64,000 bases of DNA from the NCBI GenBank assembly GCA_041690135.1, contig JAWLHY010000009.1, positions 128,001-192,000 of the forward strand. Reading direction: 5' to 3'. Made by a program: the position numbers and the translations under genes. Shown one piece after another: positions 10,404-20,028 of the stretch. This DNA comes from Armatimonadota bacterium. GTDB lineage: Bacteria; Armatimonadota; SYMT01. A model generated the notes under the pieces. The model was not told the DNA's origin. It searched no databases and saw only the letters and a program-made list of their open reading frames with translations. Within the stretch, counting starts at the first letter, position 1. Each line of letters opens with the position of its first letter.

Positions 10404-11206
10404 TCCCCAATAAGACGAAAGCGCGCTTGAAGGCCGGTGAGGCGGTAGTGGGAGCCTGGCTGGCGGTGCCTTCGGTGGTTTCCGCCCGGTTCATGGCGCA
10501 GTTGGGCTTCGACTACCTGACGGTGGACATGGAACACCAGCCCATCGACCTGGAAAACGCCTCGGCCATGTTCGGGGTCATTGCCGCCGCCGGGGTCACC
10601 CCGCTGGCGCGGATTCCCTGGAATACTCCCGAGAATATCAAGCGCGTCCTGGACTGTGGCGCTCACGGGATCGTGGTGCCGATGGTCAACACTCGTGAGG
10701 AGGCGATCAGCGCCATTGAGGCCGCCAAATACCCGCCGCAGGGCATCCGCAGCGTAGGTGGCTCCCTGCATGCCATGAACTTCGGCGCCGACCCGGCCAC
10801 CTACTACGCGCGGGCAAACGACGAGATCCTGGTGGTCCTCCAGGCGGAGAGCCCACAGGGCGTGGCCAATGCGGACGAGATTATGAGCCTCCCCGGAGTG
10901 GACGCCGTGTTCATCGGTCCGAACGACCTCCTTTGCCAGATGGGGGAGACCCCACGGATGGAGAGCGACAGTTCCCAGTTCGTGGAGGCGCTGGACCATC
11001 TTTTGAAGACGGGCCAGAAGCACGGTGTGGCCGTGGGGATTCACACCGCCGGTCACGAGCCCTGCAACCGGCGGATGGCGGAGGGCTTCCGTTTCATGGC
11101 GGTCGCCTCGGATGCTCGCTTCCTGGTGGCGGGTGCCCAGGCCGAGCTCAAGAAGCTCCAGATCCCGAACCGGACGCAGGAAGCGCGCGAGGTTCTTCGG
11201 TACTGA
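10400..11206 (+). CDS. HpcH/HpaI aldolase family protein
   Basis: VDMEH, KRVLDCGAHGIVVPMV, KYPPQGIRS, GVDAVFIGPNDL. Confidence 0.9.
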   Translation: MIPNKTKARLKAGEAVVGAWLAVPSVVSARFMAQLGFDYLTVDMEHQPIDLENASAMFGVIAAAGVTPLARIPWNTPENIKRVLDCGAHGIVVPMVNTREEAISAIEAAKYPPQGIRSVGGSLHAMNFGADPATYYARANDEILVVLQAESPQGVANADEIMSLPGVDAVFIGPNDLLCQMGETPRMESDSSQFVEALDHLLKTGQKHGVAVGIHTAGHEPCNRRMAEGFRFMAVASDARFLVAGAQAELKKLQIPNRTQEAREVLRY

Positions 11207-11240
11207 ACTCGCTATTGCGAGAATGTTGATCCCGGAATCG

Positions 11241-11292
11241 AAGGAAGCCGGAGCGACCCCAGGCGTTTTGGGGTCGCTCCGGCTTCCTTTTG
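11241..11292 (+). terminator. Rho-independent terminator
   Basis: 20-bp perfect stem AAGGAAGCCGGAGCGACCCC / GGGGTCGCTCCGGCTTCCTT running into a T tract, after the operon. Confidence 0.85.
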
Positions 11293-11449
11293 TGCCTGGA
11301 CCAGGGCGCTACACAGGCCGTCACGCCTGTGGCAGCACTCCCAATCGGAATTGGGGTGGCTGCGGCGCCGGGTTTCCCCATTTCCGTGTTGCGTTCACGT
11401 AGGAAACAAACGGGCTCTCTAGCGAACCTATACGTAACAGAGGGCTGCT

Positions 11450-12154
11450 ATGAAAAAGACCCGAATACTCGTCATTGACGATGAGCCTCAAATCGGCCGG
11501 ATGCTCCGCACCCAGCTCGCCGCGCGCGGGTATGAAGTGGAGCACGTCGGTACCGGTAACGAGGGACTAATCGCCGTCGGGGAGAACCCGCCGGACTTGA
11601 TCTTGCTTGACGTAGGCTTGCCGGACATCGATGGAGTCGAGGTATGTCGTCGGCTTCGCGAGTGGACCGCTATTCCGATCATCTTTCTCACGGTGCGCGA
11701 CGAAGAGCGCTTGAAGGTGCGGGCACTGGACGTAGGTGGCGACGACTATGTGACCAAACCTTTCGGCATTCCGGAGTTGCTGGCCCGCGTGCGTGCCGTT
11801 ATGCGCCGCGCCCAGGAACAGCCGAGTGCTTCTTCGTCCGTGTTCACGAGCGGTGATCTACGCGTGGACTTTACGGCCCGCCAGGTGACAGTGGGCGGCA
11901 AAGAAGTCCGACTCACTCCCACGGAGTACGAACTGCTGCGGCTGTTCATACTCCACGCGGATAAGACATTGACGCACCGTCAACTGCTCACCCAGATCTG
12001 GGGCCCGGAAGCGACCACGGAGACGCAGTATCTCCACGTCTTTATCCGGCAACTCCGGAGAAAACTCGAACCGGACCCCACGCAACCGCGGCACTTCGTT
12101 ACGGAGCCTGGTGTCGGCTACCGGTTCCGAACCCGCCCCCCCGTCCCTGCATAA
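11450..12154 (+). CDS. OmpR-family response regulator, KdpE-like
   Basis: ILVIDDE, LILLDVGLPD, DDYVTKPFG, LTPTEYELL, YLHVFIRQLRRKLE, TEPGVGYRF. Confidence 0.9.
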   Translation: MKKTRILVIDDEPQIGRMLRTQLAARGYEVEHVGTGNEGLIAVGENPPDLILLDVGLPDIDGVEVCRRLREWTAIPIIFLTVRDEERLKVRALDVGGDDYVTKPFGIPELLARVRAVMRRAQEQPSASSSVFTSGDLRVDFTARQVTVGGKEVRLTPTEYELLRLFILHADKTLTHRQLLTQIWGPEATTETQYLHVFIRQLRRKLEPDPTQPRHFVTEPGVGYRFRTRPPVPA

Positions 12155-12190
12155 CGGGTACCGGGGGGCAGATGTTGGATCAGGGTTTGC

Positions 12191-12334
12191 AAGTTGGAAG
12201 GTTAGCAGGTTGAAGGTTGAAGGCTGAAGCTCCCTCGGGGGGCCAGGAGTTGAAGGTTCGGTCCCTCCAAACCGCACCCGTTGCCTGCCTCAGGGGTTTC
12301 TAACCTTCAACCTTCAACTTTCTAACTTTCAACT
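12191..12334. repeat. Inverted arrays of AGGTTGA-like short repeats between convergent genes
   Basis: aggttgaaggttgaaggctgaag (about 12207-12229) vs aaccttcaaccttcaactttctaactttcaact (12302-12334). Confidence 0.7.
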
Positions 12335-12358
12335 CGGATCCATTCCCGCCAAACCGGA

Positions 12359-13390
12359 TCAACTTCTGGTACAGGAGCGGTCGACCGCCTCGGCGACCCG
12401 GCCCACCTCCTGGATCAACTGGGTGAATTGATCGGGGCGGAGGGCCTGGTTGCCGTCCGATAGGGCTGTTGAAGGGTCGGGGTGGACTTCCACAATCAGG
12501 CCATCGGCGCCGGCGGCCACGCCCGCGCGCGCGATCGGGGTGACCCACCGCGTGTGCCCGGTGGAGTGGCTGGGATCGAGAATCACCGGTAGGTGGGACC
12601 AGTGCTTCAGCACCGGGATGGCGTTGATATCGGTGGTGTTGCGGGTAGCGGTATCCCAGCAGAGGATGCCGCGCTCGCAGAGCATCACGTCGTGGTTACC
12701 TTCGACCATCACATACTCCACGGCCTGGAGCATCTCCGTGAGCTTCGCCGCCGGCCCGCGCTTCAGCAGTACGGGCTTCCGCGTCTTCCCGACCCGCTGG
12801 AGGAGGCGGAAATTCGACATGTTCCGCGCGCCGATCTGGAAAACGTCCGCATACTCGTTCACGATCTCCAGGTCGTCGGGATCGAGGATCTCCGTCACGA
12901 TAGGAAGTCCGGTCTCCTCACGGGCTTCGGCCAGGATCTTCAGTCCCTCGAGCCCCAGGCCCTGGAAACTGTAAGGCGAGGTCCGCGGCTTGAAAGCGCC
13001 GCCGCGCAGCAGCTTACCGCCGGCCGCTTTTACGGCACGGGCGGTCTCCAGCACCTGCTCGCGGTTCTCCACGCTGCACGGGCCGCCGATCACCACCACT
13101 TCGGGGCCGCCGATCTTCACCCCCTGGATGTCGATCACCGTGTCTTCCGGGTGGTAATGGCGCGACGACAGTTTGAACGGCTCCGAGATCATCTGGACCT
13201 TCTCCACTCCCTCCAGCGACTCGAACTGGTCCACCAGCGTGACCTTGGCCGAGTCGACCACGCCCAGGACCGCGATGACCTTTCGCTCCACGCCCGGGTT
13301 GACAAAGGGCGTGAAGCCGCGCTGCTGGACCGCGTCGATGACTTTCTCGACCTGCGTGGGTGATGCGCCGTACTCCATAACGATGACCAT
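12359..13390 (-). CDS. aroF: 3-deoxy-7-phosphoheptulonate (DAHP) synthase, type I-beta with N-terminal regulatory domain
   Basis: GGPCSVE, RGGAFKPRTSPYSFQGLG, QIGARNM, LCERGI, LDPSH, IVEVHPDP; GGGGAG RBS before ATG. Confidence 0.93.
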   Translation of the reverse strand: MVIVMEYGASPTQVEKVIDAVQQRGFTPFVNPGVERKVIAVLGVVDSAKVTLVDQFESLEGVEKVQMISEPFKLSSRHYHPEDTVIDIQGVKIGGPEVVVIGGPCSVENREQVLETARAVKAAGGKLLRGGAFKPRTSPYSFQGLGLEGLKILAEAREETGLPIVTEILDPDDLEIVNEYADVFQIGARNMSNFRLLQRVGKTRKPVLLKRGPAAKLTEMLQAVEYVMVEGNHDVMLCERGILCWDTATRNTTDINAIPVLKHWSHLPVILDPSHSTGHTRWVTPIARAGVAAGADGLIVEVHPDPSTALSDGNQALRPDQFTQLIQEVGRVAEAVDRSCTRS

Positions 13391-13468
13391 GATTGTCTCC
13401 CCGAGGGTGGCGCCGTACCGCGAAACCGGAACGGCCAGGAACTGCAAAGGACGAATGCGAACCAAACG

Positions 13469-13515
13469 AAAAAACCGCGAGCCACAGGACCTCTTTGGCC
13501 CTGTGGCTCGCGGTT
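13469..13515 (-). terminator. Attenuator terminator in the aroF leader
   Basis: Minus strand AACCGCGAGCCACAGG-loop-CCTGTGGCTCGCGGTT followed by a T tract, about 80 nt upstream of aroF. Confidence 0.85.
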
Positions 13516-13538
13516 CAAACCGGCGGTCGATGCTCAGA

Positions 13539-13646
13539 TCAGAAGGTGAGAGAGCGCACCGGAGTCGAGCCAGGGCCGCGCCGCCCAAAATACGGGCGGC
13601 GATAGGTAAAGTAGAAGGCCCAGGTTGTGTTCGACCGGCGAATCAC
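13539..13646 (-). CDS. Aromatic-amino-acid leader peptide (35 aa: MIRRSNTTWAFYFTYRRPYFGRRGPGSTPVRSLTF)
   Basis: GTG start after a purine-rich RBS-like stretch; 7 aromatic codons within 12 (W,F,Y,F,Y,Y,F); lies between the promoter and the terminator. Confidence 0.8.
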   Translation of the reverse strand: MIRRSNTTWAFYFTYRRPYFGRRGPGSTPVRSLTF

Positions 13647-13687
13647 TTTCACCCACCTGCGCTGCGCACGTGCGCTGCTACGGCTGA

Positions 13688-13716
13688 AGTATAGCAACGC
13701 ACTTTCCGGGCGTCAA
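13688..13716 (-). promoter_or_regulatory. Sigma70 promoter of the aroF leader
   Basis: Minus strand TTGACG-N17-TATACT with extended -10 TG. Confidence 0.85.
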
Positions 13717-13899
13717 CCGCCGCCCAGTCCTGGAAATGATCCGGAAAAAATCTTTGCCCGGCTGTCGATTTCGGACCAGCCCCATCGATTAGTTGATGAG
13801 TGGGCGCGCTGCGCGGCTAATGAAGCTGCGGAAGGGCCGGAGTGAACGGGTCCGGAAGCGAGACCGGGCTCCGAAGGCGGAGCAGAGAGGAAGAAGAAG

Positions 13900-14328
13900 A
13901 TGCGGTTCATGGTACTGATCAAGGCGACGGCGAACTCCGAAGCGGGCATTCTCCCGGATGAGAGGCTCCTCACCGAGATGGGACGATACAACGAGGAACT
14001 CGTGAAAGCGGGAGTGATGCTTGCGGGGGAGGGGCTTCACCCCAGTTCGAAGGGCGCCCGGGTCAAATTCTCCGGCGACCAGCGGATCGTGACGGACGGT
14101 CCTTTTCCGGAGACGAAGGAGCTGATTGCGGGTTTCTGGTTGTGGCAGGTTAACTCGAAGGAAGAGGCGATCGAGTGGGTCAAGCGCTGCCCTAATCCGA
14201 TGCCGGGCGAAGAGCCGGAAATCGAGATCCGGCAGGTGTTCGAGGCGGAAGACTTTGGTGAGGCGTTTACCCCCGAACTGCGGGAGGCCGAAGAGCAACT
14301 GCGCGCGGAACTGGCGGAGCGCGCGTAG
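13900..14328 (+). CDS. YciI family (DGPF domain) protein
   Basis: GEGLHPSSKGARV, TDGPFPETKELIAGFW. Confidence 0.92.
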   Translation: MRFMVLIKATANSEAGILPDERLLTEMGRYNEELVKAGVMLAGEGLHPSSKGARVKFSGDQRIVTDGPFPETKELIAGFWLWQVNSKEEAIEWVKRCPNPMPGEEPEIEIRQVFEAEDFGEAFTPELREAEEQLRAELAERA

Positions 14329-14425
14329 TCGGTGGGCAGTTGGAAGATGGCAGTGGGCTGCAAGCAGTAGGCAGTAGGCAGTAAGCGGTGAGTGACTTTC
14401 AAATCAAGAAAGTGAAGGAGTAACG

Positions 14426-14836
14426 ATGAAGACGGTTCCCTATCTTGTTTTCAACGGTCAGTGCCGGGAGGCGTTCGAGTTCTACGCGGAGTGCTTTGGC
14501 GGTCAGATCGCTGTAATGCTTACCCACGCCGATACTCCGGCGGCGGAGCAGTGCTCGGCAGCGATGCAAGGCCTGATCATGCATGCTCGCCTGGAAATGG
14601 AAGGCGGCACCCTGATGGGCTCGGACTGCCCGCCGGAGATGTTCCAGCAGCCCCAGGGAATCAGTGTATCGCTGCACCCCACGGACCCCACCGAGGCGGA
14701 ACGGATCTTCGCCGCGCTGGCGGAAGGCGGATCGGTGCTGATGCCGATTGCCGAAACCTTCTGGGCGGTCCGCTTCGGAATGGTCACCGACCGCTTCGGC
14801 ATCCCCTGGATGATCAACTGCGAAAAGGCAGCCTGA
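14426..14836 (+). CDS. VOC/PhnB-family protein
   Basis: PYLVFNGQCREAFEFY, IMHARL, ETFWAVRFGMVTDRFGIPWMIN. Confidence 0.92.
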   Translation: MKTVPYLVFNGQCREAFEFYAECFGGQIAVMLTHADTPAAEQCSAAMQGLIMHARLEMEGGTLMGSDCPPEMFQQPQGISVSLHPTDPTEAERIFAALAEGGSVLMPIAETFWAVRFGMVTDRFGIPWMINCEKAA

Positions 14837-15068
14837 TGTCCTGCGCCGGGGGCCTCCCGTCCGGGAGGCCCCTGTCCCCTCACCCCTTGGTCGAACGAAC
14901 GTCGCCTTGCCCATTAGTGTGGAATCGCCGCTTGCAGCGGCGCTTTGCGATCCGGACCTCGGATCCCGCCACCACTGGGTGAGCACGCGTCCTGGGTTCG
15001 AGTTTGGTCGATTGCTGCCCGCTGTTCTCCTACAACGACTCTCAGGGACCTGCTAGCCCAAATCAGGG

Positions 15069-15809
15069 TTACGTGTTCAGTCCGTCGTTCAGGAGGGCTT
15101 CGGCTTCTTGCCGGATAGCCGCTTCCAGCCGCGGCAGCGGTAGCCGCGCTCCCGTGCGGGGATCTTGCTTATCCTCGAACCAGAACCAGTCTCCGGAGAC
15201 TTCGGCATAATCCCATTCGCGGAGCACCGCGCAGAGTTCTCGGCAGCCTTCCACGGGTGAGACCACGCCGTCGACGATCTTCCGAGCGATCTCACGAAGG
15301 CGGTTCTGCCGGATCTCTTCCGGTTGCGGCAGCGTCCAGCCGAGATCCTCCAGAGTGCGAGCGAAGTAGTGCTCGACCTCCCACCAGGCGTACGGCGGCG
15401 AGAGTCCCGCGAGGATCCGCAGGTGCGGGGTATCCAAGCCACACAGGAGACCCTGGTTGGCCCAGTCCACATAGTCTCCGGTCACGACCCTGCCGAGGGC
15501 GCGCTTCCATAGCAGGTTGTCGAGTTGCTTCTGCTGGCTTTGGTTCAAGGGATTGCTCACGTCATCGACCGGTGCGGCAACTGGATAGGTGATGCAGTGG
15601 TCCCGGAACCAATCGACGCGCCCCTGCGCTTCGCGGATGGCAGTAGCCTCGCTGTCACAGATGCTACCGGCTTCGCGGGGAAGCCAGCACCGCTCGTGGG
15701 GCTCATCACTCCACACTTCCTCCGCGAAGCCGTAGGTGCTGTCCGACCTCTGAAAGATGATCACCCGCCGATTGCCCGCGGCGTTCTCAAAAGCTCTAAC
15801 GGCGTGCAT
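15069..15809 (-). CDS. Hypothetical protein
   Basis: 246-aa ORF with GGAG RBS, co-oriented with its neighbours. Confidence 0.6.
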   Translation of the reverse strand: MHAVRAFENAAGNRRVIIFQRSDSTYGFAEEVWSDEPHERCWLPREAGSICDSEATAIREAQGRVDWFRDHCITYPVAAPVDDVSNPLNQSQQKQLDNLLWKRALGRVVTGDYVDWANQGLLCGLDTPHLRILAGLSPPYAWWEVEHYFARTLEDLGWTLPQPEEIRQNRLREIARKIVDGVVSPVEGCRELCAVLREWDYAEVSGDWFWFEDKQDPRTGARLPLPRLEAAIRQEAEALLNDGLNT

Positions 15810-15899
15810 CCTCGTTGTTCTCCTCCATCAGCGGAGAGCACGGACGTTTTACCGTCCCCGCCATTCCCTCGTGTCCGGAAATGCAGAGGGGTCGTTCGT

Positions 15900-16142
15900 C
15901 TATTGCAAGGGAATGCCGAGTTGGCGCGCCTGGGAAGCCGCGTCGCGGGCACCCCAGCGTCGCTGGATCTTGCCGTCCTGGATTACGAACCATTCCATGG
16001 CCACCAGTTCGTAAGACCTTCCCCAGGGCCCCCTGGATCTCGGCATTTCCGCGAAGAGGGCGGCCAACTGGTCCAGGTCTCCCCGGTTGAAGGCATCAAC
16101 CTACTCGCATACCACTTCTTTGTTCTGTTCCTGCACAGCCAT
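15900..16142 (-). pseudogene. SnoaL-like ester cyclase remnant
   Basis: MAVQEQNKEVVCE*VDAFNRGDLDQLAALFA then, after a frameshift/deletion, GRSYELVAMEWFVIQDGKIQRRWGARDAASQARQLG*. Confidence 0.7.
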
Positions 16143-16166
16143 TTCGTTAGACTTTCTCTCACCCGC

Positions 16167-16649
16167 CTATAACCTGGCCCATGCCGCGCGAAGGCGCTCA
16201 AGTTCTTCCAGCGGGAAGTCGTGCTCGATCCACCTGGCTTGATACTCCGCGACGCCATAGCGCCAATGGAGGCCCTCCAGGGCATCTTTCACCTGTTCAA
16301 GGAAAGAGGCGACCGAAGTGCTTGCCTTAAAGACGGTCTCGTACTCTCCGGAAGATGCGAAGCCCCAACTTGCCCAGTCCCGGTAATGGCGGATCTCCGC
16401 TGCCAGATCTCCGTTCTCACTTCGCTCCAACAGCATCTGATGTTCGCCCGGCTCCGCCATGAATGTCACTGTTACCCGGTCAGCGCCCGCATGGAGTGCG
16501 AGAGCCGCTGCGGCCAGTTCGCGCAGTGAGTCGTGAAGATAGGAGACGACGATTCGCAGGGAGCGTTCCGCCGTGTGAACGCAGCACTTTGCCCACCCTC
16601 CTTCCATCAGCACATACTCGATTTGCAATTGACTAGGCCCAACTCTCAT
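16167..16649 (-). CDS. Hypothetical protein
   Basis: ATGA overlap with the upstream gene; SYLHDSL, AEPGEH motifs. Confidence 0.65.
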   Translation of the reverse strand: MRVGPSQLQIEYVLMEGGWAKCCVHTAERSLRIVVSYLHDSLRELAAAALALHAGADRVTVTFMAEPGEHQMLLERSENGDLAAEIRHYRDWASWGFASSGEYETVFKASTSVASFLEQVKDALEGLHWRYGVAEYQARWIEHDFPLEELERLRAAWARL

Positions 16650-19396
16650 TTGCTGCTGCCGGATCTCTTCAGTGGCAGCCACTGTAGGGGACGAGCAACC
16701 GTTTCCTTTCCGGCGTTGACGGTCACCTCTAGATCCGCCCCATTCCAGGCCCCCGGACCCTTCACCTGCGGAGTTTCGCGAACGCGGTAGACGCGGAGCA
16801 CCCGGTAGGTGCCGGGTTCCAGGTCCTCGATACGGGCCGCTCCGTCCACTACCTCGGCATCCGTCCAGCGTATAGATCCCGCGCTCGGGCCGGACGTCCT
16901 GGCGATGCCGATGCTTATCAGCCCTCCGCGGGCTGGCTGATTTCCGATCCGTACGGGTAGCACCAGGCGGCCGCCGTCCTTTTGGTTCAGTGACGGCACG
17001 CGGACCGCTCCCGGGTAATAGGGTACCCCCGGCGCAGTCGCGTTTGCGCCGTCAGGCGCCTTCAGGAAGTTCTGTATTGGCTTCAGCGGAACATTGGTGA
17101 GACGGAAGCTGCCGACCGGCCGCAACGGCGGCCACACGCGCAGCGACAACCGGATCTTGACCACCGGCTCAGAGACAACGAAGCGAGTACGGAACTCCCA
17201 AACCCCACTGCCGCGGTGGTCGTATGAGTGCTCCTTCTTGTGTACTTTTCCGGACCGGCCAATGAGCAGCGCCTCCAACTCGCCGCCGTCCACACCTTCG
17301 AGCCGGCTCGTGCGAGGACCGCGAATGCGTCCTCGCAGCAGATACTCCGTACTCGCGGGCAGCCCCGGCGCTGCCGGAACGGGCTGCGAAGTGAGACTAT
17401 CCACCTCGCAGCGAACGTCATTTGTGACCTGTACGGCACCCGCTGCCGGAACAGGTATTGAGAACTCAGAGTTCAAAGGGAAATGCTTGTCATGCGCCAT
17501 CAAATCTCCCTCCAGCCATGAGATCCTGGTGGCGTCGGGATGAGGTGCGTTGAGAGTGACTTGCTGCGACCACTGAAAACCATCATCCCGGGGACTTGCT
17601 GAAAGTTTGGTGGAAGACTGTGCCGTGAACAGGTTCCCGCGATCATCCCGTCCCAGTACGTTTCCCAGCCGGGCAACGTGCGTGGATTCCACTCCGGTGC
17701 CGGTTCCCGACAGGTCTAAAGTGAGCCGGGCACGATTTGTCCTCCGCGACGGAGTTGAGAGTTCCTGGCTGCGCGTATAGCTTGTCTGGAGATTGTCGAC
17801 ACGGGCTACCATCCGATCGCTTCTGGGAGGCCATTCGGCACGGCCATCTACCACCGGAGGTTCCCTCTCGAGAGGCATGTCGAGGGGAGGCAGGACCGCT
17901 TTCTTACCTGCCTGCACTTGCACCACCGTTTCGCCGTTTAGCCACCAGCGAGGCAATTCGATAGCGCCATGTTCGCGGGGACGGTAGAGGCGGAGGACGC
18001 GGTAAGTGCCCGGTCGGACTCCCGCAAGTTGGGCGGGTTCGGTAGTGACTTCCAGTTGGTGCCACTCCGTACGCCGGGACCCGTCAGCCGGTGCCAGGCC
18101 CACACTCAGGAAGCCGGCCGGGGCCGCGTGCTCACCGACCTGTATGGGACTAACCAGAATACCCCCGGGTACGGCGAAATCGGGGCTATTCCGGTCGAAG
18201 TCGCTTTCGAAAAGGGCTCCGTAGTAGAGTGTGTCAGCTCCCCGGTAGAGATCCGGTAGGGGCACATCCCGGATACGGAAACTGCAGCGCTTTCGGGACT
18301 CCTGGCGTTCGCCAAACTCAAAACGGATGCCGGTCACAGGTTCATCAATAACGGGATAGGTACACGTGACATTCCACACCATTCCCCCTTCCCCACCTAT
18401 CCGCTCGCTCCTGCAGCCCGGGGGAGAATAGGTGCGCCCGGAGGCCCCAACCAGCACGGGGCCAACACCACCCTCGTAGCCGTTGGAATGAGCAAGTCGT
18501 CTCATGTCCAGCCCATGCAGTCGAAGTAGTAACTGAGGACCCGCCATGTGCCGGCTCCCTGGCGCGAACTTCCGCGCAGGTGGGGTGAATTCGAGGAACT
18601 CCACCGACCCCTCTCCCGCCGGACACCGGATACCTCCCTCGGGAATGGGAAGCGGTACTTGCAGTTTGCAGAGGGGAAGTATGGGTTTCTCGATCACATC
18701 CCCTTCCAACCAGTCCAGCCGGGTAGCGCCTGGCTGGATACCCTCAAACCTTAGCTGCGCGGTCCACTCATCCGGATACGCGTGTTGGACTCGGCCGGCT
18801 CGTGGGTTCTCCAGCGATCGTAAGATCCCACCGCGGTTGTCGCGAGCAATGACGTTGGTGACGGATGTCACAGCAGCGGCATTTGCCTCGGTTGCAACCC
18901 CGTGAAGTCGCAGGCTGAGCTGGTCTCCGGCCGCGCCATCGCGTACGCTGCCGGAGACGCCCACCCAACGGACCTGCAGACGCAGGCCGCTTGCGGTCGT
19001 GCTGCTACCGGCGCCGAAGACCGGAAGCGACCCCTGGATCCCTTCTTGAATGAGCGCGAACCCTCCACGCTGCGTTTCGGGGCGCAACCGGTAACGGTCG
19101 GCCAATTGCCGGAAGGCGGTGGCGAAAGTGGCGCCCGACCAGTCGAAACTGGCGGGGTCCTCCAGCGACACCAGCGGCGGATCAACACCGCCGGGGATGT
19201 CGGTCGGTTCCCACGGTTTGAGTTCGATTGGAATTCCGGAAGCACGCTGCAAAGCGAGAACCGCTTCCTGGCAGCTCACTTTCTCGAGCTTCAAGCCCAG
19301 GTGGGAGTCACCTCCCCAAGCCGGCATCAGTAGAACGGCGGTTGTTACCATCAACAGGCCGAGAGCGGCGGAGCGCGACATGGCAACCTCTCTCAT
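16646..19396 (-). CDS. Secreted protein with an internal duplication of about 390 aa
   Basis: Signal peptide; paired motifs ARDNRG/GRDDRG, ATRLDWLEGD/ATRISWLEGD, PGTYRVLRLYR/PGTYRVLRVYR. Confidence 0.75.
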   Translation of the reverse strand: MREVAMSRSAALGLLMVTTAVLLMPAWGGDSHLGLKLEKVSCQEAVLALQRASGIPIELKPWEPTDIPGGVDPPLVSLEDPASFDWSGATFATAFRQLADRYRLRPETQRGGFALIQEGIQGSLPVFGAGSSTTASGLRLQVRWVGVSGSVRDGAAGDQLSLRLHGVATEANAAAVTSVTNVIARDNRGGILRSLENPRAGRVQHAYPDEWTAQLRFEGIQPGATRLDWLEGDVIEKPILPLCKLQVPLPIPEGGIRCPAGEGSVEFLEFTPPARKFAPGSRHMAGPQLLLRLHGLDMRRLAHSNGYEGGVGPVLVGASGRTYSPPGCRSERIGGEGGMVWNVTCTYPVIDEPVTGIRFEFGERQESRKRCSFRIRDVPLPDLYRGADTLYYGALFESDFDRNSPDFAVPGGILVSPIQVGEHAAPAGFLSVGLAPADGSRRTEWHQLEVTTEPAQLAGVRPGTYRVLRLYRPREHGAIELPRWWLNGETVVQVQAGKKAVLPPLDMPLEREPPVVDGRAEWPPRSDRMVARVDNLQTSYTRSQELSTPSRRTNRARLTLDLSGTGTGVESTHVARLGNVLGRDDRGNLFTAQSSTKLSASPRDDGFQWSQQVTLNAPHPDATRISWLEGDLMAHDKHFPLNSEFSIPVPAAGAVQVTNDVRCEVDSLTSQPVPAAPGLPASTEYLLRGRIRGPRTSRLEGVDGGELEALLIGRSGKVHKKEHSYDHRGSGVWEFRTRFVVSEPVVKIRLSLRVWPPLRPVGSFRLTNVPLKPIQNFLKAPDGANATAPGVPYYPGAVRVPSLNQKDGGRLVLPVRIGNQPARGGLISIGIARTSGPSAGSIRWTDAEVVDGAARIEDLEPGTYRVLRVYRVRETPQVKGPGAWNGADLEVTVNAGKETVARPLQWLPLKRSGSSK

Positions 19397-19992
19397 GCGG
19401 AGTCAGGTGCTGCCCGGTAGGGGGCGTAGCCATAGTATTTCGGGCGGTCGTCGAGGCGCACGTGGAGCCAGGAGACGCCGGCACCCGCGGTGCTGACCCA
19501 GACCGGCGCGCTTCCCAGCCGGCGTTCTACGGCTCGGCCCACTCGCTCCCATAGGGCATGCTTCTGTGGGTCCGGCGCCCGGCGCAGGAAGGCGGCCAGG
19601 TGTCCGTAGGCCGAATGGTCGGCAATGGGGCATGGAACGACCAGGGTCGCGTCGTTGCCCAGGTTCCGGAACTCCACCACGCCGCTTTCGGCGCCGGGAC
19701 CGCGGAGGTAGGCGGCGAAGGGCGTAAGGTCCGGGTGGCTGGCCAATCCGGGGCTGTTCAGCAGGACGAACTCGAACGGTTTCCCCACCGTGGCGGAAGT
19801 GATCGGCGGAGTTTCCCAGCGGAAGGCCGTGTAAGGGGAGCCGGCGAGCAGGTCGATGAAGAACCCGCGGAACTCCGCGTCGTCCCGCCACAGGCGCAGG
19901 ACCTCGGCATACGAGATCACCGCGCCATTCGCGTTGATGGTGGTCCGGATACCCCGGCCGTCGGAAAGACTTTGGCTTGGTGCCGTCCACAT
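19393..19992 (-). CDS. DUF6940-like protein
   Basis: FRWETPP, FEFVL, LGNDATLVVP, WVSTAGAGVSWLHVRLDDRPKYY. Confidence 0.75.
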   Translation of the reverse strand: MWTAPSQSLSDGRGIRTTINANGAVISYAEVLRLWRDDAEFRGFFIDLLAGSPYTAFRWETPPITSATVGKPFEFVLLNSPGLASHPDLTPFAAYLRGPGAESGVVEFRNLGNDATLVVPCPIADHSAYGHLAAFLRRAPDPQKHALWERVGRAVERRLGSAPVWVSTAGAGVSWLHVRLDDRPKYYGYAPYRAAPDSA

Positions 19993-20028
19993 GGTGGTGC
20001 AATCGGTTACGTTACCGGTGAATCCGAG

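Noticed and set aside
16101-16103. In-frame TAG in the SnoaL-like gene as pyrrolysine or readthrough
   Set aside because: The same gene also has a frameshift and an internal deletion; decay is the simpler explanation.
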